Positions 59,996 through 64,000 of a DNA stretch of 64,000 nt are shown piece by piece; positions within the stretch are counted from its first letter, which is position 1, and each line of letters opens with the position of its first letter. The position numbers and the translations under genes were made by a program. Below the pieces are notes generated by a model, which was given only the letters and a program-made list of their open reading frames with translations, searched no databases and was not told where the DNA came from. Source of the stretch: an uncultured delta proteobacterium (GTDB lineage Bacteria > Myxococcota_A > Polyangia > Fen-1088); contig CAVYGB010000010.1 of NCBI GenBank assembly GCA_963767925.1, forward strand, positions 1,440,001-1,504,000, read 5' to 3'.

Positions 59996-60415
59996 ATGCG
60001 AGCGCCGAGCTGGTCCATCCTTCTCGCGACCGCGCTGCTGGCCCTCCCGGGCTGTGGCGAGGGCGGCGACGGCGGGGCAACGACGGTGAGCAGCGACTTC
60101 GAATCGGGCAGCATCGGGGCGACCGTATTACTACGTGCCGGTCTCCTCCTACGATCAGCGGGTCTGGCACCGCTTCGAAGCAGCCGAGGTCACCCGGCCC
60201 GAGGGGTCTCGACCCGGATGGTGAAGCGCTTCGACGCCGCCACCGTGTGGCTGGCCCGCTTCTATCCCTACACCGCGACCGACCTGGACCGCTATCTGGG
60301 GACGCTGCCCGGCGGTGGCGACCGGTCCCGGGAGACCGTCGGGACCACCGCCCTCGGACGTCCGATGCAGCTCCTGACGGTCACGAACCCCGCGACGCCC
60401 CCCCGACGCCCCCTG
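59996..60415 (+). pseudogene. Remnant of M14 (cytosolic carboxypeptidase-like) peptidase N-terminus
   Basis: SSDFESGSIG; WLARFYPYT; ETVGTTALGRPMQLLTVTNP; no HxxE zinc motif follows. Confidence 0.65.
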
Positions 60416-60422
60416 AGACAAG

Positions 60423-60440
60423 TCGTACGCATCTGTACGA
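60423..60440. promoter_or_regulatory. Palindromic operator upstream of tetR
   Basis: TCGTAC-GCATCT-GTACGA. Confidence 0.65.
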
Positions 60441-60481
60441 AAACGTCGGGACCTGTTATCTCCTGCCTGGACGCGCAGACC

Positions 60482-61117
60482 ATGGCCGCCAGCACCTCAT
60501 CGCCCCCGCGCCGGGCCGACGCGCGCCGGAACATCGAGACCATCATCGCGGCCGCCGAGCGCTGCCTGGCCCGCGATCCCGACGCCAGCATGAGCGACAT
60601 CGCCAGCGAGGCCGGCCTGGGGCGGGTCACCCTCTACGCTCATTTCAAGACGCGGGCCGAGCTGGTGGAGGTGGTCGCCCGCCGCGTCCTCGCTGACGTC
60701 AACCCGATCCTCGACGGCGTCGACCTGCGGGGCGACCCCGCGCAGGCGCTGGCGCGGCTGGTGACAGCGTCGTGGGAGGTGACGGCGCGATCGGGCAGCC
60801 TGATCGTCGCCGTCGAGCGGGCGCTCCCCCCCGAGGTGGTGCGGGATGCGCACGGGGGAAAGCTGGAGGACCGGGTGCGGCGCTTCCTGGCCCGCGGCCA
60901 GCGTGAGCGGACGTTTCGCAGCGATCTGTCGACCGACTGGCTCGTCGCCCTCTTTCACGCGACGCTGCACACCGCCGCCACCGAGGTCCACGCCGGCCGG
61001 CTGGCGACCAGCGAGGTCGCGGCCACCATCACCGCCACCCTGCTGGCTGCCTACCGGCCCCCTCCCGAGACGGGCAGCCGGGCCCGGCAGGCGCGCGGGC
61101 GCACCGCTTCGCGGTGA
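60482..61117 (+). CDS. TetR family regulator
   Basis: RRADARRNIETII; SMSDIASEAGLGRVTLYAHFKTR. Confidence 0.92.
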   Translation: MAASTSSPPRRADARRNIETIIAAAERCLARDPDASMSDIASEAGLGRVTLYAHFKTRAELVEVVARRVLADVNPILDGVDLRGDPAQALARLVTASWEVTARSGSLIVAVERALPPEVVRDAHGGKLEDRVRRFLARGQRERTFRSDLSTDWLVALFHATLHTAATEVHAGRLATSEVAATITATLLAAYRPPPETGSRARQARGRTASR

Positions 61118-61192
61118 ACCACCCGCGTGCCCGCTGGCCCGCAGGGTAGGTGCCGGGCCGCACGGTGGCACCACCGAGCAAAGTTGGATTTG

Positions 61193-61241
61193 TCATACAG
61201 ATGTGTTCGAGTTATGACTTAACCCGTACTCGTATGTACGA
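61193..61241. promoter_or_regulatory. Two operator-like palindromes upstream of rph
   Basis: TCATACAGATGTGTTCGA (15/18 match to reverse complement of the 60423 site) and CGTAC-TCGTAT-GTACG. Confidence 0.65.
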
Positions 61242-61301
61242 GATGAGTTTGCCCCCTCCCGGGCCGGCGGGGCGTGCTTTTCACGAGAGGAAGGTGAGCG
61301 G

Positions 61302-63917
61302 ATGAGCTCTGACGTGTTGGGTTTCCAGGAGATCGACCGGACCCAGATCGCGCTCGGCGGCGGCAAGGCCGCCAACCTGGCCGAGCTCTCCCGGATCGAG
61401 GGCCTCCGCGTCCCCGATGGCTTCGTGGTCTCCACCCGGGCGTTTGCCCGGATCGTCGAGGAAGCGCCCGCCGTCCAGGGATGGCTCGATCGGCTCGCCG
61501 GCCTGAAGCCGGGGGATCGCGGCAAGATCGGTGACCTGAGCCGCGAGCTCCGGCGGGCCATCGAAGGCATCGCCATCCCGGAGGACCTGCAGCAGGAGAT
61601 CTCCCGCCATCTCGCCCGGCTGGGAGCGGGCGAGGCCTACGCCGTCCGCTCCAGCGCCACCGCGGAGGATCTGCCGACGGCATCTTTCGCCGGGCAGCAG
61701 GACACCTACCTGAACGTCATCGGAAAGGCGGAGATCCTGCGCCACATCAGCCGGTGCTGGGCGTCGCTCTTCACCGACCGGGCCGTCACCTACCGCCTGC
61801 AGAACGGCTTCGACCACCGTCAGGTCCGCCTGGCGGTGATCGTCCAGCGGATGGTCCTCCCCCAGGCGGCCGGCATCCTGTTCACCGCGGACCCGGTCAC
61901 AGGCAACCGGAAGGTGTCGACCATCGATGCCAGCTTCGGCCTGGGCGAGGCGCTGGTCTCCGGCCGGGTGAACCCGGACGTCTACAAGGTCCGGGACGGG
62001 AAGGTGATCGACAAGAAGATCTCCACCAAGACGCTGGCCATCCGGGCGCGGCCGGGCGGCGGCACGACCGAGCAGGAGCTGGGGCCCGATCGGCAGACCC
62101 GGCAAACCCTGACCGACGAGCAGGTCCTGCAGCTCGAGCGGCTGGGCAGAAAGATGGAAGCGCACTTCGGCCAGCCCCAGGACATCGAATGGTGCCTGGC
62201 CGAGGGCGCCCTTCACATCGTCCAGAGCCGGCCGATCACGACGGTGTTCCCGGTCCCCGAGGCTGCGGATCGCGCCAATCACGTCTACGTCTCGGTCGGT
62301 CATCAACAGATGATGACCGACCCCCTGAAACCGCTGGGGTTGTCGTTCTTCCTGCTGTCGTCCTACGGGAACATGTTCCAGGCGGGGGGAAGGCTGTTCG
62401 TCGATGTCACGAAGGGCCTGGCCGCGCCGGCCAGCCGGCAAAACCTGCTGGACGTCCTTGGACAGTCCGACCCGCTCATCAAAGATGCCCTGGTCACCGT
62501 GCTGGACCGGGGAGACTTCATCGAGACCACCTCGAGCGAACCGCCGAGCCCGTTCCCCATCAAGAGCCACCGGGGCATGTCGGCCGCCGACATCGCGGCG
62601 CCGGTGGCGAACGACCCGGACCTCGTTCCTGGACTGATCGAGCGCGCTCGGACCGAGCTGGCCACCCTGAAGCAGAACCTCCGGGGCAAGTCCGGACTGG
62701 AGCTGTTCGACCTCATCGTGGCCGACATCGGGCAGATGAAGAAGTTGAACTCCGACTCGAAGAACCTCAGCGCCATCCTGGCCGGGATCAACGCCTCCGC
62801 CTGGATCAACGAGAAGATGCGGGACTGGCTGGGCGAGAAGAACACCGCCGACGTCATTGCCCAGTCCGTCCCCGGCAACGTCACGGCGGAGATGGGCCTG
62901 GCGCTGCTGGACGTCGCCGACGCGATCCGCCCCCACCCGGCGGTGGTCGAGTACCTGCAGCAGGTGACGACCGACGACTTCCTGGATGGGCTGGCGAAGC
63001 TGGAGGGCGGCCGGGAAGCCGGCCGGGCCATCCAGGCGTTTCTCGACAAATACGGGATGAGATGCGCCGGCGAGATCGACATCACCCGGCCGCGCTGGAG
63101 CGAGAAGCCCGCCACCCTCGTGCCTCTGATCCTCAGCAACGTCAGAAACTTCCCGCCCGGCGCCGGCAAGCAGAAATTCGAAGAAGGGCGACAGGAATCG
63201 CTGGCCAAGGAGAAGGAGCTCCTCGAACGCCTGCAGCGGCTGCCGGACGGCGAAGCGAAGGTCTCGGAGACCAGGCTGATGGTCGGCCAGGTCCGCAGCT
63301 TCATGGGATACCGGGAGTACCCGAAGTACGCCATGGTGAACCGCTACTTCGTCTACAAACAGGCGCTGATGAACGAAGCGGAACAGCTCGCCCGGGTCGG
63401 GGTGCTCGCCGAACGAGACGACAGCCACTACCTCCGGTTCGAGGAGCTGCAGGACGCCGTGCGCACCGGCCGTGTGGATCGCGACCTCATCGCCCGCCGA
63501 AAACAGGAGCAGCGGCACTTCGAGAAGCTGACCCCACCCCGGGTCCTCACCTCCGACGGCGAGATCCTCAACGGCCGGTACAGGCACGAAAATCTCCCCG
63601 CCGGGGCCATCGCCGGCCTGCCCGTCTCCTCCGGCGTGATCGAGGGCCGCGCTCGCGTCATCCTCAGCATGGAGGACGCCGACCTCGAGGAGGGCGACAT
63701 CCTCGTCACCCGCTTCACCGACCCGAGCTGGACCCCCCTCTTCGTCTCGATCAGCGGCCTGGTCACCGAGGTCGGCGGCCTCATGACCCACGGCGCGGTC
63801 ATCGCCCGCGAATACGGCCTCCCCGCCGTCGTCGGCGTCGAGCACGCCACCCAGCTGATCAAGGACGGCCAGCGGATCCGGGTGAGTGGAACCGACGGCT
63901 ACGTGGAGATCCTGTAG
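61302..63917 (+). CDS. rph: Rifamycin-inactivating phosphotransferase (PEP synthase-like)
   Basis: 871 aa; ATP-grasp (GGKAANL, AVRSSATAED, SFAGQQDTY, QDIEW); central YVSVGHQQMMTDP, YGMRCAGEIDITRPRW, GYREYPKY; C-terminal GGLMTHGAVIAREYG swivel domain. Confidence 0.9.
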   Translation: MSSDVLGFQEIDRTQIALGGGKAANLAELSRIEGLRVPDGFVVSTRAFARIVEEAPAVQGWLDRLAGLKPGDRGKIGDLSRELRRAIEGIAIPEDLQQEISRHLARLGAGEAYAVRSSATAEDLPTASFAGQQDTYLNVIGKAEILRHISRCWASLFTDRAVTYRLQNGFDHRQVRLAVIVQRMVLPQAAGILFTADPVTGNRKVSTIDASFGLGEALVSGRVNPDVYKVRDGKVIDKKISTKTLAIRARPGGGTTEQELGPDRQTRQTLTDEQVLQLERLGRKMEAHFGQPQDIEWCLAEGALHIVQSRPITTVFPVPEAADRANHVYVSVGHQQMMTDPLKPLGLSFFLLSSYGNMFQAGGRLFVDVTKGLAAPASRQNLLDVLGQSDPLIKDALVTVLDRGDFIETTSSEPPSPFPIKSHRGMSAADIAAPVANDPDLVPGLIERARTELATLKQNLRGKSGLELFDLIVADIGQMKKLNSDSKNLSAILAGINASAWINEKMRDWLGEKNTADVIAQSVPGNVTAEMGLALLDVADAIRPHPAVVEYLQQVTTDDFLDGLAKLEGGREAGRAIQAFLDKYGMRCAGEIDITRPRWSEKPATLVPLILSNVRNFPPGAGKQKFEEGRQESLAKEKELLERLQRLPDGEAKVSETRLMVGQVRSFMGYREYPKYAMVNRYFVYKQALMNEAEQLARVGVLAERDDSHYLRFEELQDAVRTGRVDRDLIARRKQEQRHFEKLTPPRVLTSDGEILNGRYRHENLPAGAIAGLPVSSGVIEGRARVILSMEDADLEEGDILVTRFTDPSWTPLFVSISGLVTEVGGLMTHGAVIAREYGLPAVVGVEHATQLIKDGQRIRVSGTDGYVEIL

Positions 63918-64000
63918 CCCCGGGGGTCTCGCAGTCGGCGACGCTCTCGCCGCGCAGGGCCCGGTAGAGCGACCTCTGGTCGAGGGGCAGCCGGGGCGTG

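Noticed and set aside
61302..63917. PEP synthase ppsA
   Set aside because: His swivel domain is C-terminal and the PEP-binding TIM barrel is absent; this is Rph architecture

Overview
Very GC-rich bacterial DNA, probably Myxococcota (MYXO-CTERM protein, Pro/Gly-linker lipoproteins, myxobacterial-type ECF/anti-sigma pair), with about 55 genes. I recognised no rRNA, tRNA, CRISPR array, transposase or integrase. Contents in order: an apparently exported RidA / SelA-like PLP enzyme / RraA trio; a carotenoid operon (TPR protein-crtY-crtE-crtI-crtB-unknown His-motif membrane protein-glycosyltransferase) divergent from a DUF523/DUF1722 gene; an ECF sigma/anti-sigma pair; a ten-gene minus-strand cell-envelope cluster (beta-barrel, YcnI-like Cu protein, MYXO-CTERM protein, His-rich beta-propeller, DUF4266, DUF3570, CxxCH-bearing porin, HHH-tailed lipoprotein, di-haem cytochrome c), which is the best candidate for an undescribed metal/redox system; a Ser/Thr kinase; an epoxide hydrolase with a frameshifted WYL regulator; a PL6 lyase; a MoxR/DUF58/RDD/SpoIIM locus; an MFS transporter; an orphan sigma54 regulator; a PVC-type haem protein; a CotH protein; LysR/DoxX; an ECF-kinase pair; a spherulin-4-like gene; and a TetR-rph (rifamycin phosphotransferase) module with shared palindromic operators. 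Several palindromic and tandem intergenic repeats are present. All family calls come from motifs recognised by eye, not database searches, and many start codons are best estimates.
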